A DNA stretch of 64,000 nucleotides, from assembly GCA_963811165.1 (NCBI GenBank), contig CAWEQH010000004.1, positions 96,001-160,000 of the forward strand, written 5' to 3'. The first letter of the stretch is position 1; each line of letters opens with the position of its first letter. Position numbers and translations under genes: made by a program. Below are positions 30,453 to 43,795 of this stretch, piece after piece. The stretch is from an uncultured Nitrospiraceae bacterium. GTDB lineage: Bacteria; Nitrospirota; Thermodesulfovibrionia; Thermodesulfovibrionales; UBA6898. Below the pieces are notes generated by a model that worked only from the letters and a program-made list of their open reading frames with translations, was not told the DNA's origin and searched no databases.

Positions 30453-31193
30453 TCAGCCCTCCCGGAGGCCTTCGCGCGCCACGCTTATGAAAAGCTCTTC
30501 GAGCGATTCTTTTCCGTGTTCACCCGGCAAGGTCTTCGGATCCCCTTGAAGCAAAATCCTTCCCTGGGAAAGGAAGAGCACGCGATCGCAGACGTCCTCA
30601 ACCTCGTACATATTGTGCGAAGTCCAGAGCACACCGCCCAATCCCCCGGCGGCGAATTCGCGGATTGTTGCCCTGACGTCTTTTGCCGTCGCAGGGTCCA
30701 GGGATGCGGTCGGCTCGTCAAGGAGGAGGAGGCGCGGATCATTGAGCAGCGCCTTGGCTAGTCCCGCGCGGGTCTGCTCTCCCGAGGAAAGTACCCCGCA
30801 TTTTACGTCCCGGAACTTCCGGATATCGAACTGTCCAAGCAGTGCCTCGATCCGGTCGGAGAGGTCCTTTACTCCGTAAAGGAGACCGAAGATGCGAAGG
30901 TTTTGATAGACGGTAAGGTTTCCGGGCATAGGGGCATACACGGCAGCGAAGTTCGTGCAATCGAGCGCTTGAGACCGGCGTTTCGAAATATCGATCCCTT
31001 CGATGATTATGGTCCCTCTGCTTGGCTCAAGAACGCCCAAGATCATGTTAATCGTCGTGGTCTTTCCCGCGCCGTTTGGCCCCACGAGCCCGACGATCTC
31101 GTTTCGGTCCACCTCAAACGAAATCCCGTCGACGGCAATGAGGTCGCCATAGGCCTTGTGCAGGCCCGTTACTGAAAGCACTTTCCCCGGCAT
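30453..31193 (-). CDS. ABC transporter ATP-binding protein
   Basis: GPNGAGKTT, LSSGE, LLDEPT. Confidence 0.95.
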   Translation of the reverse strand: MPGKVLSVTGLHKAYGDLIAVDGISFEVDRNEIVGLVGPNGAGKTTTINMILGVLEPSRGTIIIEGIDISKRRSQALDCTNFAAVYAPMPGNLTVYQNLRIFGLLYGVKDLSDRIEALLGQFDIRKFRDVKCGVLSSGEQTRAGLAKALLNDPRLLLLDEPTASLDPATAKDVRATIREFAAGGLGGVLWTSHNMYEVEDVCDRVLFLSQGRILLQGDPKTLPGEHGKESLEELFISVAREGLREG

Positions 31194-31299
31194 GACTGTC
31201 CTTGTCCTGCTTACAGTCTATCAGCTTTTGATCGATACCTTAAGAATTGACATCCAATCCTCATTTGATATCCTGTGAGTAGAACCTGGACGAAGGGAA

Positions 31300-31806
31300 G
31301 TGGAGGAGATGAAACATCTGAAGACAGCATTATTGCTTATGACGGTTCCGGCCTTTGCCGGTCTTATGGTCTCTCTGTCTTTTGCGGGCGGCATCGGGGG
31401 TGGTCGGACCGGTTCAAAGGCATTTGGCGCACACGGGGAAAATTTTTGCAGCACCTGTCATCACGATGAAAAAGGATTGGAAAATGCCGGGCGGGAAAGC
31501 GAAAGGGGCGGTCCGACCATCAGCTTTACTTCCACGGGGTGGGATCCGACAAAGTCGTTTTATCAGGTCGCCGGCACCGCTACTTTCAGCGGCGGCGGGA
31601 TAGATGCCGTGGAGTACTTTGTTGACGACGGCGATACCCCCGGGACCGGCGTGCCGATTACCGGAGGTTCCGGTTTGAGCCCGATGACGTTTACGTTTTC
31701 CGTTCGGGAGAATGCACTGAAATCAGGAGATAACACTATCTGCGTCCACGCGTTAAGCTCAACGTCTGTATGGGGCTCGCCGACATGTTTCACAGCTACG
31801 AAGTAA
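31300..31806 (+). CDS. exported protein with CxxCH motif and beta-rich domain
   Basis: Signal peptide, FCSTCHH. Confidence 0.6.
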   Translation: MEEMKHLKTALLLMTVPAFAGLMVSLSFAGGIGGGRTGSKAFGAHGENFCSTCHHDEKGLENAGRESERGGPTISFTSTGWDPTKSFYQVAGTATFSGGGIDAVEYFVDDGDTPGTGVPITGGSGLSPMTFTFSVRENALKSGDNTICVHALSSTSVWGSPTCFTATK

Positions 31807-31868
31807 ATTGGAAAAGAAAGTAAGCGTTACGCCCGTAGAACGTCTTGTCGTCACACGCAGGGAAATTA

Positions 31869-31894
31869 CAAACCCTTGAATTTGTGGGCGTCCC
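31869..31894. repeat. att-like copy of tRNA-Glu 3' end plus flank
   Basis: CAAACCCTTGAATTTGTGGGCGTCCC, one mismatch to 48049-48074. Confidence 0.8.
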
Positions 31895-32320
31895 TTTATT
31901 GATATATCTGGATAGCCGGGATACGCATCGTGATCCTTGCTTGTCCTTAAGACTTTTTTAACATCCAGCGGTCGGGTATAATAAAGGGCCTGTGATGAAG
32001 ATGAGGCAGTAAGTGGAGTCGTGAAGCACTCCGGAGAAGGGAAGGTCGTTCACGAGAAAAATGGATAAGCTGGTATGTTATTGTTTCGGTCATTCCGAAG
32101 CCGATATTGAACAGGATGTCATCATCAACAAAGGCCGTTCCCTTATCCTTGAGAAGATAAAGGCTTCGAAGAAGGAAGGAACCTGCCGGTGTCATGAGAC
32201 TAATCCAACCGGGAAGTGATGCCTTGGAGATGTCCACCGTGTTGTGGACAGAGCAAAGGCAAGACTGAAACAGGAACTCTCATAAGGGGTGCGATATCCC
32301 CTATTACAAAATAATCCGAT

Positions 32321-33001
32321 ATGTTTCCGATCCGAGACACCGTATCCAACAGAACATTCCCTTCAACCACATGGATGATCATAATTCTGTGCGGAATAGT
32401 CTTCCTGTTTGAAACCACCCTGCCGCGGGAACTCCTTGAGCAATTCACCTATTATTTTGGAATTGTGCCGATTGAATATACGGGTCGTCATCGTCATGGG
32501 CTTCCCCTGGTGGATTATCTGTCCTTCCTGACCACCATGTTCCTGCACGCAGGATGGCTGCACATCCTTGGCAACATGTGGTTTCTCAAGATATTCGGCA
32601 GTAAGGTGGAAGACCGTATGGGCCACAGCCGTTTCCTTGTGTTTTATCTGGTCGTGGGGGTGCTTGCCAGTATGTTCTATATCTACTTCAGTCCCCGGTC
32701 CTCCATGCCCGTCATAGGGGCATCGGGGGCGATTGCCGGGGTCATGGGCGCTTACTATGTGCTATTTCCGAGGGCAAGAATCCTCACCTTCATTCCGATA
32801 TTCATTATCCCGTGGTTTATAGAGCTTCCCGCGGTCTTTTTCCTCGGGTGGTGGTTTTTATTGCAGTTATTTTCCGGTACGGTCGCTCAAGTGCTTCCCT
32901 CCTCCGGTGGGGGAGTGGCGTGGTGGGGGCATATCGGAGGATTTATTGCCGGGGTTTTGTTGGTGTCATTTTTTAAAAAACCTTCCGGACAATACTATTA
33001 G
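32321..33001 (+). CDS. rhomboid intramembrane serine protease
   Basis: FLHAGWLHILGNM, GASG, WGHIGG. Confidence 0.95.
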   Translation: MFPIRDTVSNRTFPSTTWMIIILCGIVFLFETTLPRELLEQFTYYFGIVPIEYTGRHRHGLPLVDYLSFLTTMFLHAGWLHILGNMWFLKIFGSKVEDRMGHSRFLVFYLVVGVLASMFYIYFSPRSSMPVIGASGAIAGVMGAYYVLFPRARILTFIPIFIIPWFIELPAVFFLGWWFLLQLFSGTVAQVLPSSGGGVAWWGHIGGFIAGVLLVSFFKKPSGQYY

Positions 33002-33031
33002 GAGAAAAATTTGACTGACAGGAGAAACGAC

Positions 33032-33760
33032 ATGAGCGACTTCAACAAATCGGCATGGGCAGACAATACCTTTGCGCAGAACTATCTGGACAAGGCCGAT
33101 ATCTATATCGTGGAACGCAGGAAAATGTTTTGGTATGTTTCCTCGCTGGTTTCCCATTTTCGTCGTGGCAAACAGGATATTGCATTGCTCGAGCTGGGAT
33201 GCGGAGATGGGGCGCTGACAGAGGAATTGCTTAAAACCAATACCGGCGTGTCGGCAACGCTCCTTGATGGCGGTGAAGGCATGCTTGAGAAAGCCAAAGA
33301 ACGCCTCAAGGGATACCCGAATACGACGTTCATCCAGGCAACGTTTCAAGACCTGTTGGGCGGCAAGACCAGGCTCGAAACGTATGACTTCATTGTTTCC
33401 TCTATGGCGATTCACCATCTTGAAATGGACGAAAAGGCTTCCCTGTTCCGTCTCATGGCTTCACGGCTAAGGCCCGGCGGTCTTTTTGCAGATGTCGATG
33501 TGGTACTGCCCCCGTCAGAAGAACTGGAGGAATGGTATTTTGCCATGTGGAAGGATTGGCTTGCTGCTATGATGAGCCGGTATAATATCCATGACGAGCT
33601 TCCCGAAGACCTTATCAGACGGTATAAGGACCCTTCCAGCATGAACAAGCCCGACACGCTTGGAAATCAACTGGGCGCATTGGAATCGGCGGGATTTGTG
33701 GATGTGGACTGTTACTTCAAGAATGGTGTTTTTGTGGTATTTGGAGGCAAGAAGAAATAA
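33032..33760 (+). CDS. class I SAM-dependent methyltransferase
   Basis: LELGCGDG, SSMAIHHL, LRPGG. Confidence 0.9.
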   Translation: MSDFNKSAWADNTFAQNYLDKADIYIVERRKMFWYVSSLVSHFRRGKQDIALLELGCGDGALTEELLKTNTGVSATLLDGGEGMLEKAKERLKGYPNTTFIQATFQDLLGGKTRLETYDFIVSSMAIHHLEMDEKASLFRLMASRLRPGGLFADVDVVLPPSEELEEWYFAMWKDWLAAMMSRYNIHDELPEDLIRRYKDPSSMNKPDTLGNQLGALESAGFVDVDCYFKNGVFVVFGGKKK

Positions 33761-33819
33761 CTATGGCCCCAAAATATTAGATGACTTACGGATAAAGATT
33801 TGACCTTATTTCAAGGAGG

Positions 33820-34062
33820 ATGACAATGCCCGGAAAATGTGATTGCGGCGCCGTGACTGACTGGATAGAAGACGGAAGCACCTGGATTTGCAAGGATTGC
33901 AGCATACGGGAAATTAAAAAGAATATGGATGAGCTTAAAGAGGCAATGGAGAAAATGGAATCGGCAGCGCGTTCACTCGTTTCAATGAAAGTCGATACAT
34001 TGGCTGTCCCCAAATTGCTTGATAGCCTTAAAAAAGAAATCGCCAGGATTATACTCGAATAA
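33820..34062 (+). CDS. small hypothetical Zn-binding coiled-coil protein
   Basis: AAGGAGG RBS; CDC...CKDC. Confidence 0.55.
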   Translation: MTMPGKCDCGAVTDWIEDGSTWICKDCSIREIKKNMDELKEAMEKMESAARSLVSMKVDTLAVPKLLDSLKKEIARIILE

Positions 34063-34135
34063 GAATTACGGGGACGGCATCGATTCTCTCACAGATGAAT
34101 CACAGTGAGGAGAAGATTAAAGGGGTCGCTTTCGT

Positions 34136-34160
34136 AACCCCCTGAATTTGTCGGCGTCCC
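34136..34160. repeat. second att-like copy of tRNA-Glu 3' end plus flank
   Basis: AACCCCCTGAATTTGTCGGCGTCCC, preceded by a hairpin like the one at 48034-48057. Confidence 0.7.
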
Positions 34161-34196
34161 GGGCGTGACTCTGAGTCTCTGCGAGGGACAGTTTTT

Positions 34197-37100
34197 CTAT
34201 GATATTTTCGATTTTTGTGGATTATCTCTCTTCGTTTTGTCCGGTGCGGATATTCTCATCTCAACCGAATGTTCCCGATGGTCGTCAACAAGGGAGATTG
34301 CCACGTCGGATTGTGCAACACCATCTACGGTCATACTCGCCATGCTCCCGTCACGCGCTTGAAGCACTATGATATGGTAGACAGTTTCCCTGTAGCGGTA
34401 ATGCATCTTGAACGACTCCCACTCGGCGGGCAGACATGGAGCAAAGCTCAGCCTGTCTGCTTCAAGCCTCAGCCCCAGGAGTGATTCAAGGATAAGGCGG
34501 TACATCCAGCCGGCTGACCCGGTGTACCACGTCCATCCGCCGCGGCCGATGTGCGGCGAAACCGCATATACGTCAGCCGCGACAACATACGGCTCCACCT
34601 TGTAGGTTGAGATCTTCTCAGGAGATCCACCATGGTTTACCGGGTTGATCATCGACATCAGTTCCCACGCGCGGCTGCTGTCGCCCAATTGGGCGAATGC
34701 CATCGCGGCCCAGATGGCAGCATGGGTGTATTGCCCTCCATTCTCCCTTACGCCGGGGACGTATCCTTTTATGTAGCCGGGGTTCATATCCGATTTATCG
34801 AACGGCGGAGCCAGGAGCTGGACCAGGCCATGGTCACGCCGAACCAGAAATTTGTCAACGGCTTCCATTGACATGCGTGAGCGTTCGGCATCCCCGGCAC
34901 CGGACAGGACAGACCAGCTTTGCGAGATAGAATCGATCCGGCATTCGGAATTGCCAGCCGAACCAAGTGGAGAAGCGTCGTCAAAGTAAGCGCGCAGATA
35001 CCACCGGCCATCCCAGCCTTTCTCCTCGATATTCCTGCGCAGTGAAGCAGCTTCCTTTTGGCAGCGTTCTACGAAGGACGGATCGCCATGCAGACGCGCG
35101 ATCTCACAGAAATCTACGAGGACTTTATTGAGAAAGAATCCAAGCCAGATGCTTTCGCCTCTGCCCTGTTCGCCTACCATGTTCATCCCGTCGTTCCAGT
35201 CACCCGAGCCGATCAGCGGCAGACCATGCCCGCCGCGGCTGATGCCCTTGAGAACGGCCCGCACGCAATGGTCGTACAAACTCGCGGCTTCTTCGGAGAC
35301 GTGGGGAAGGTCGTAATACGAGTCCTCGTCTTTGTCTACCGGGCGGCCCTCGATGAACCGGACATTCTCATCCAATACCCCTGTGTCTCCGGTAATCAGA
35401 ACGTAGCGGCAGACGGCCAGGGGCAACCAGAGAAGGTCGTCAGAACAGTGCGTACGCACGCCCCGTCCGGTCGGGGGATGCCACCAGTGCTGGACATCTC
35501 CCTCCTGAAACTGATGGGCCGCGCAGAGGAGGAGGTGCTCGCGCGCAAGCCGCGGCTCAGTGAGGATGAGCGCCATCACGTCCTGCAACTGGTCGCGGAA
35601 ACCGAATGCGCCGCCGGGTTGGTAGTATCCGGACCGCGCCCAAAGACGACATGCCAGAGTTTGGTACAAGAGCCAACCGTTGGCCAGCACATTAACGGAC
35701 TGGTCCGGTGTCTCTACCTGCACAGCGCCCAGGGTATGATTCCAGTACTGCCAGACCTTTTCGAGGGCTTCGCGGGTAGCCATAGATCCGCGGAAGCGGC
35801 GCACCAGTTGACGGGCATCATTTGAATCACGCCCCACGCCAAGCCTGAAGATAATCTCCTGCTCCTGCCCATCGGCCAGATCGAAGGCAACCTGGATAGC
35901 GGCGCAGGGGTCGAGACCGGCCCCTACCCTGCCGGAAAGCCGGGCGCGGGTCATCGCGTCAGGGCTCCTAAGCGTGCCGTTACGGCCGAGGAATTCGGTC
36001 CGGTCTCCGCTCACGGTCCGGGTTCCCTCGTCCACGTCGAAGAACGCGGTCCGGTCGGCGAACTCCGTATTGTACGGGTTCCGGCCGAAAAGCGCGCCGG
36101 TTTTCGGGTCGATCTCTGTATTCACATGCATTGCCGTCTTCGCCCGCAAATCTCCCAGCACCCATTCCACGTACCCAGTGGCTGAGAGCCGGCGGGACCG
36201 GCCCGATTCGTTTTTCACCTTCAATACGGTGAACTTGACCGATGCATCTATTGCAACATAAACCCACATCTCCGAACTGATGCCGTCCTCAGTGTGTTCG
36301 AAGACACTGTACCCGAATCCATGACGGCTGATGTAATGCATCGCCCCCCGGACAGGCAGCGGTGAAGGGGACCAGAAAAGGCCGCTCTCTTCATCGCGAA
36401 GGTAAAAGGACTCACCGCCCGCGTCGCTTACCGGGTCGTTGTACCAGGGGGTGAGGCGGAACTCATGCGCATTCTCGCTCCAGGTGTAAGAAGATCCGCT
36501 CTCTGAAATAACAGTCCCGAAGTGCGGATTGGCAAGCACATTTACCCATGGCGCCGGGGTCACCTGTTCGCGGCTTGTCGTGATGATGTACTCATGGCCA
36601 TCAGGGGTGAATCCTCCGAGTCCGTTAAAAAACATGAGATCGCTGCGGGCAATTGCCGCGGCAGTCCGGGATTCGGGCCGGCGGCTCCTGGTAGGCTCAA
36701 GACGCGGCACTATGAGCGGCAAAATACTGCGACGGGTGATCTGGTCCTCGATTGGGCCAAGGCCGTCGGTGATGACGGCCCGGGCGACTGTCTGGAGCAG
36801 GATGCGGTCCTCGGCAGATATCTGGTCAGCAGGTCTTACGAAGATGCCGCCGGGCCGCTCCGTCACGTTCGCCTCGACGCCTGCGGCGATGAGTCCCATG
36901 ATCTGTTCCTGCAGAAGCTGCCGGTACCCCGCGTGATCTTCATTCCAGATCACGAGGTCAACCGCGAGTCCCTTAAGACGCCAGTATGCGTGTGCCTGTA
37001 CGAGCTGACGCACCAGGTCGATATTGGCCGGGTCTGCAATCTGCAGCAGCACTATCGGGAGATCGCCGGAGATGGCGTAGCCCCACAGGCCTGATTGCCC

Positions 37101-40100
37101 GCGATGGTTCCTGGCGATGATGCCCGGGTCTGCACGCAGCGAAGGGTTTGCATAGATCACTGAGCCTGCAAGGTTGGCATAGAGCTGTGCATCGGCCTCT
37201 GTGGCGTTGATCTGCCTAAGGAGTACCTGACTGTGCGTCCATGCAAGATCGAATACACGGTCTGCCAGATACTGGTCCTGGTATTTTTCGACAAGACCCA
37301 TACATAGGTCACGGGTTTCACCGATGCCGGTGACAATATTTATTGTTGCAGATCTTTCCGGATCAAGGGTCATGCGATAACGGATGGAGACTATCGGATC
37401 GAGCACCGGGCCCTCGCTGCCGGAAAGTGCAGCGGAACTGCTCAGGGCCTCAGGGTTTGCAACGGTATTTCCGCGACCGATGAACCTCAGGCGGTCGGTC
37501 TCATAGGAAACTTCGCCGGTTTCCGTCCCGTGGACGGCCATCAGATGAAACATCCAAGGCGATTGCTCGTCGAGGGAGCGGGGGCGACGGGTGCAGAGGA
37601 TCGCCCGCCTTTGGTCGATGATCTCCGTCTGTACAAAAAGATTACTGAACGCCGGATGAAGCGCATCTGCCGCGGGCGGAGCAAGCACGACCTCCGCGTA
37701 GCTCGTGACCTCGATCTCTCTGCGTGTTTTGCCGCGGTTGGTGATCGTTACCCTGCGCAGCTCGATATCATCCTCGGGAGAGACAGCGATTTCGGTGTGT
37801 GTGTCAAAGTCGTGGTCCAGGCAGCGAAACTCCGCCCTCCCCTCCGAGAAGATCGCCGCATAATTCTTCGCGCGCTTGAGCGCCGGCTGATATGCGGCCG
37901 ACCAGAAATCCCCGCTCGTCTTTTCACGGATATAACAAAAAGTGCCCCAGGAGTCGCGCGTTGTGTCTTCTTGCCAGCGGGTGACTGCGATGTCCTTCCA
38001 GCGGCTGTACCCGCCTCCGGCGTTCGTAACCATCACGTGGTATCTGCCGTTGGACAGCAACTGCACCTGGGGAAACGACGTGTCAGGGCTGCTGAAGGAG
38101 CGTACGGATGTCTCTGCGCCGGTCGAAGCCGTATGCGCCTCGGCGAGATCGGCGATCTGCGAAAAGAATGTCGTTGACCTTGGCACCCGCTCCTGCAGAA
38201 GAAGCGTGGTGGCCTGGAAAAGAGGGTCCGCCTCGAATCGCTTCTGCATCGGACGGTCCAGAAGCAGATAGGCAAGAGAGAGAAAGCTCATGCCGACATG
38301 ATGCGCCATAAATGACCGGACTACGGCGCTCGATTGTCTGCGCGGCAGACGCGATGGGGTGTAATCGACCGCTTCATAAAAGCCGAATTTTCCCTCACAT
38401 CCTTCCTTGGCGAGCCGCTGCAGATTCAGGCATGCCTCCTCGGGGGCCACCATCAGAGCAAGAGCCGAGGCATAGGGCGCAATTACCAGATCGTCGGCGA
38501 GCCCGCGTTTGAGTCCCAGGCCGGGGACGCCGAAGGCGCGGTATTGGTAATTGAGATGAGCGTCGATCGTGTTGTAGCCGGATTCAGAAATGCCCCAGGG
38601 CACTCCGCGTTTCCTCCCATACTCGATCTGCCTGGCCACCGCAGCCTTGCAGGTTTCATCAAGCAGCGTACGCTCGTAAGTGGGCATTACCAGAAGCGGC
38701 ATGAGGTATTCGAACATTGAACCGCTCCACGAAACGAGGATCGGCTCTCCGCCGACGTTAATGAGCAGGCGCCCCAGTGCAAACCAGCTCTCCTGCGGCA
38801 ATTGTCCCTGAGCGATCGCCACGAAACTGCAGAGTCTCGCCTCCGAGGCCAGCAGGTCGTAGTAACTCGCGTCCCGCCTCCGGCTGTCGACATTGTACCC
38901 GATGGCCAGTAAATGACTCGTCCTGTCGAACAGGAAGTCATACTCCATGCGGCTGAATTCGTCTGATTGCAATACGAGCTTTTCGATAGCCGTGATCCTC
39001 TCAACGGCAAGATCATTTCTAATGTTCGCCAGTCCACGCAGCGTCGGTATCTCATCAATGTCGCGAACCGTGGAAAAGTCGAAGATCGTCAGCTCATCGA
39101 GTGCTGCCCGGCATTGCCCGCCAAAAGCTCTTGCCCACCATACCAGCTGATTCTCCTGGCTGAGACCTAAAATATCGATCCTGGAAAGGGCCTCCTCCGC
39201 TTTGTTTGTAAATTGCTCAAGGAGAAGCCGCACAGCAGAGAGCGCCAGTCGGTTTGAAATCGCACGCGGATTCCAGCTCCTTCTCCATTTGAGCGAGCAA
39301 GTCAAAAATGTCTCCTTCAATGCGCGCATCGGCCGCAACATCAAGAAGAACCCTTATTGTGTCGCGGAGGCCGTCGAAGACCTGCGGGCCAAGGATCGTC
39401 TGTTCCGGGAGCGCAAGCAGACCCTGCCTCAAAGTAAGCAGGTGGCCGGCAAGGTTGCCGCTGTCCACGGTCGAAACGTATTTGGGTGACAGCGGCTTGA
39501 GAGTCTGTGTTTCGTACCAGTTGTAGAAGTGGCCCCGATAGCGCTCCAGTGTTTCCATTGTGGAGAGGGTATTCGTTGTGCGTTCGATGAGTTGCCGCGT
39601 GGAGATGTAGCCAAAGTCGTGGGCGGATAAATTCGCCAGCAGCGCAAGCCCCATGTTAGTCGGAGACGTGCGATGTGCAACGGCAGGGGCAGGGTGGTCC
39701 TGATAGTTATCAGGCGGCAGCCAGTTTTCTCCGGGGCCTACGAATGTCTCGAAAAAGGCCCAGGTTTTTCGGGAAAGCTTTTGGAGAAAGACGGTCTGGT
39801 CAGGCCTCAGCCTGGCTTCGTCGCGGGCAAGCGGCAGGCTGATCCGCCACGCGATAACGGGTGAGGCAAACCAGAGTATTAGTATCGGAGCGGCAGTTAA
39901 CAGGGCGGCCGGATTAAAAAGCGCCAAATAGATTATCGCTGCAAAGGCAAGAAAGGGGGCGAACCACATCGTCCGCCATACACCGGCCAGGCCGTTCATC
40001 TTGGAATTATGGCGTGAGCCGCCGGTATTTTTATCAGGGGTGCCCGAAGGACTCCATTCGAGGAGTCGCTTGTGGGTGATCAGCATTCTCCAGATTGTAC

Positions 40101-42867
40101 GCAGAATCGCATCCAAGCTGAAAAAAGCCTCGTATGGGAGACACGCAAGCGTAAAGACAACCTGAACAAGACGCCCGGAGGTTGAGCGTCCCACGGCAGA
40201 GAGATGCTCCACAAAATGCAGATCGTCCGGCTTCCTGAGCAGGTCCAGGAAAGAGGATATCAAAGAGGGAATAAAGATGATCCCGATCACCGAAAGGGTC
40301 CAGACCCATGGCGATGAGGAGACCGTCCAACCCAGCAGCAGGAGAAGGATCAATGCCGAAGGCGTGAGGCTCCGCCGAAGGTTGTCGAAGAGCTTCCATC
40401 GGGACAGCAGCGAAAGAGGGTTCTTGTGGCGTTGCCCGTCGGGGCCGGGAATACCCGGCAGTATCCAGCGCAGAAGCTGCCAGTCCCCGCGGATCCAACG
40501 GTGCCGGCGGCCCACGTCCGCGCTGTAGCGGTACGGATACTCCTCGTAAACCATTACATCACTCAGCAAACCCGCGCGGGCGTAACACCCTTCGATAAGA
40601 TCGTGACTGAGGATCCGGTTTTCGGGAAAACGTCCGCCCACCGCCCGCTCGAATGCATCGACGTCATAGATCCCCTTGCCTATAAAAGAACCTTCATGGA
40701 AGACATCCTGGTAGACGTCCGAGACAGCGCGCGTGTACGGGTCGATGCCGGGATCACTCCCGTAGAGGCGCGCATACCGCGAGCGGTTTGTGCCGGGCAG
40801 ACTCACGGCGACCCGCGGCTGAAGGATGCCGTACCCTTCAACGATCCGCTGCCTGCCTTCGTCGTAATGCGCACAGTTCAGCGGGTGCGCCATTGCCCCC
40901 ACAAACTGCCGCGCCGCATCGCGGGGCAACTGAGTATCCGTGTCGAGGGTGATCACATACTTTACATTTGACAGGATTTCCGTATTCCCGACGATGAGCG
41001 AGAAGCTATTTCCCCTGCCGCGCAATAAGGCGTTCAACTCCTCCAGCTTCCCTCTCTTGCGTTCGTAACCCATCCAGACCAGGTCCCGGGCGTTCCATCG
41101 GCGCGGGCGGTGAAAGAGAAAGAACGTATCGCCTTTTGCGTTCCGGTATTTTTTATTCAGTCCTTCGACTCTCTGTCCGGCAAGCAATAACAGCAGTTCG
41201 TCCTCCGGAAGTGTTTCCTCTGCCGCATCCTGAAAATCAGTAAGCAGGCCGAAGTGCAGGTTTTCGTCGCGATTTGCAAGGAACCTGACTTCCAGCGCCT
41301 CGACCAGGTCTTCGATCCCCTGGGCGTTCGTGAGCATAGTCGGTACAATGGTTAGGGTCCGCGATTCGGGCGGAATACCTTTGGAAAAGTCCATTCGGGG
41401 CAGCGACTGCGGAGTTACCAGCAATGTCGCAAGCCAGTTAACTACAGCAAGCGCGAGTTGGCTTGCGCACAGCGCTGAAATGATGCCGGTCGTGACGAGA
41501 AGCCAAAGAGGTGAGCCGTCACCATGCGCCCTCAACAGTAATCCTCCCGTGAAAATCGCCGTCATGAGCGCGACTGCGCCCAGATAGAGTAGCAAAGGAG
41601 ACCGGGAACCCCATTTCCGAAGGGCCCCGGAGAAAGAGAATCGCATATGCGCCAGCCCTTCGAGCTTAGACAATCCCTTGTCGATCAGGTAATAGCCCAC
41701 ATGGGCTGTGCGGTCATCTCCACCCCGACTGCCGTCTTTATCGGCCGCGCTCTCGTGCGCGAGCCGTATCGCTTTTGCTGCCACCTCGCCCTCCGACAGC
41801 CGCCCGCCCTTTGCCAGTTTCTCCACCACGTGGCGGTAACGGTCACGGGTAGAGAAGTCCATTTTGCCGTATATACCGCCGGTGTCTTTACGCAGGGTCT
41901 GTTCGACAATGCTCATCGTCTCGACGAACTCGCGCCAGTCCATAGTGCCGAGGAAACGTAAGCTGCCGATGCTGTTGCTCATCGAGACCTGATCAGCCGC
42001 CTGTTGCTGGTTCTCCGACTGCACCAAATGGTCGATCGTCAGACTGCACTCCGAGAGTCGCTGTTCAATCCATGTGAGCGGCATTGCCAGGGCAGGGCCC
42101 TGACCCTGAAGCCGTCGGGCAAATTCCGCAACGAACGCGCTCCTCAGAGGGGGGTCCGACCGCGCCATGTCCGCGATGACTAATACGAGACTCTTCGGGT
42201 CCTTCACTGCCATTTCGGTAATCCGGTCTGCCCAATAATCGGCCTTGTTTCGGTCGAGCCTGTCTGCAGCGATCCTTGCCCCAACACGCCGGAGATTTTC
42301 GATCAGCGCGAGCCGCAGCATGATCGGTATTGCCCACAGCTCTCCCAAGTTGAGGACGGTGACTGTCTGGTAGGCTGCAACAAATCTACTTAAACTCTGG
42401 GGATCTATCCGTCCATCGCTGTGCGAGATCGTCTCCAAGGCGATGTCATAAACGCGCGGAAGTCCGGCCGAAAGGCCGTCTATCAGACGGGGAAGCTCGC
42501 GGCTGTACCCCTTCGGCAGGTGTCTTCTGGCCATGCGGATCTGTTCTTCGATCAGGTAGAAGTTATCGAGCAGCCATTCGCCTGCCGGCGTAATTCTACG
42601 ATCAGTCGTGACCGCCTCCATCAGTAGGCGACGCGTCCCTGTCAGGATGCCTTCATTGTCGTCCAGTCGCGCCAGGAGCTTATCAGGGGCATATCCCGGG
42701 CTCAATTTGTGTAAACCCGCCAGGGTCTTGCCGTGCTGCTCCATCTGGTCGCTGCTGAACAATTCCGATCTCAGCGGAGGCTCGCAGACTGCGCACTGCT
42801 TTGCCAGGTTTATTGCGCGAAAGCTCGCAGACAGTTGAGGCAGGTTTCCGATGTTGCTAATTTTCAC
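34197..42867 (-). CDS. cgs: cyclic beta-1,2-glucan synthase (GT84 plus GH94); one +1 frameshift near 39245
   Basis: [61 protein letters not shown]; Cgs/NdvB/ChvB family. Confidence 0.95.
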
Positions 42868-43343
42868 GCCTGAGGTCTCCTTCCTTCCGAAGGCAAGCGG
42901 CCTCTGAAACTCAGAGTCCCCTCACTCCTGATGCGGCATTCCTATGCCACGGAATGCGCAATAATAATGTCCCTTTGAAAACTCTTAATCTTGCCGGCAT
43001 GTTTGAAGAAACAATATTTCCCCGGCTGCTAAAAAATTGTTACGTGAGGCCCCCATGCTAAGAGGGTTTTTAGGCATATGCAATGGGAGCCCCGTGAGGA
43101 AAAGAGAGTATATCCACTAATGAAAGAATAATGGAACCATTGATCAAAAGAATGAAAAAGGGCCTCTCTTCCCTTAGTTAACTATAGCACATAACTGCAC
43201 CCCCCCCGTTTGCAATGATCCGGAACATGCAGTGATTTCTGTTGAGATTATTGTTCTTGCTGAAATGATAGTGGAGAGTCGGAGCATAGGGGGTGAGAGG
43301 GTTTTGAAACAGGGGAAAGCGGGATGGGGTTATGGAGGTGAAT

Positions 43344-43553
43344 TTAAGAAGCGTAGCGGTATTGCCAACCGCTTCTTAAACATTTCGCCAAGAACAGAGA
43401 ACAGTTGTCATAGTTCTCGCTGTTACAGCGATTTAACCTTAACAATGCCCCTAATTTTAGGGATGCCACGGATGCCTTGCATACGTCAGCAGTATCATCA
43501 CAGTATGGACATATATCCTTATCTTCAGTACATTTTTTTTCTATTTGATTCAT
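43344..43553 (-). CDS. small Cys-rich hypothetical protein
   Basis: AAAGGAGG RBS; several Cys. Confidence 0.6.
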   Translation of the reverse strand: MNQIEKKCTEDKDICPYCDDTADVCKASVASLKLGALLRLNRCNSENYDNCSLFLAKCLRSGWQYRYAS

Positions 43554-43795
43554 ATCTACCTCCTTTCTTTTAGATTTAAAGATATTGATATTTTAAAGGA
43601 CAGATGTTACCAGAGTATTACAGAAAGAATAAATCTCGGAGTAAATATCTCGACCATCCTCACCATTGTTATCAATGCGGAGAGATAATGCTAACATAAT
43701 TGTATGACCTACTGCAAAGTTTAGGTGTAAAACATGAACATATTTACTGACATCGAAATGAAAGCTAGGGCAAACATCTTTGAGAGGAGAGAATC

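Noticed and set aside
31947..32237. ORF 31947-32237
   Set aside because: No recognisable motif or RBS; possibly a gene remnant
34197..42867. cgs as two genes or a programmed frameshift
   Set aside because: Removing one G restores a single ORF; no slippery site seen; same +1 pattern as elsewhere
42868..43150. Riboswitch upstream of cgs
   Set aside because: Several hairpins but no aptamer motif I can recognise
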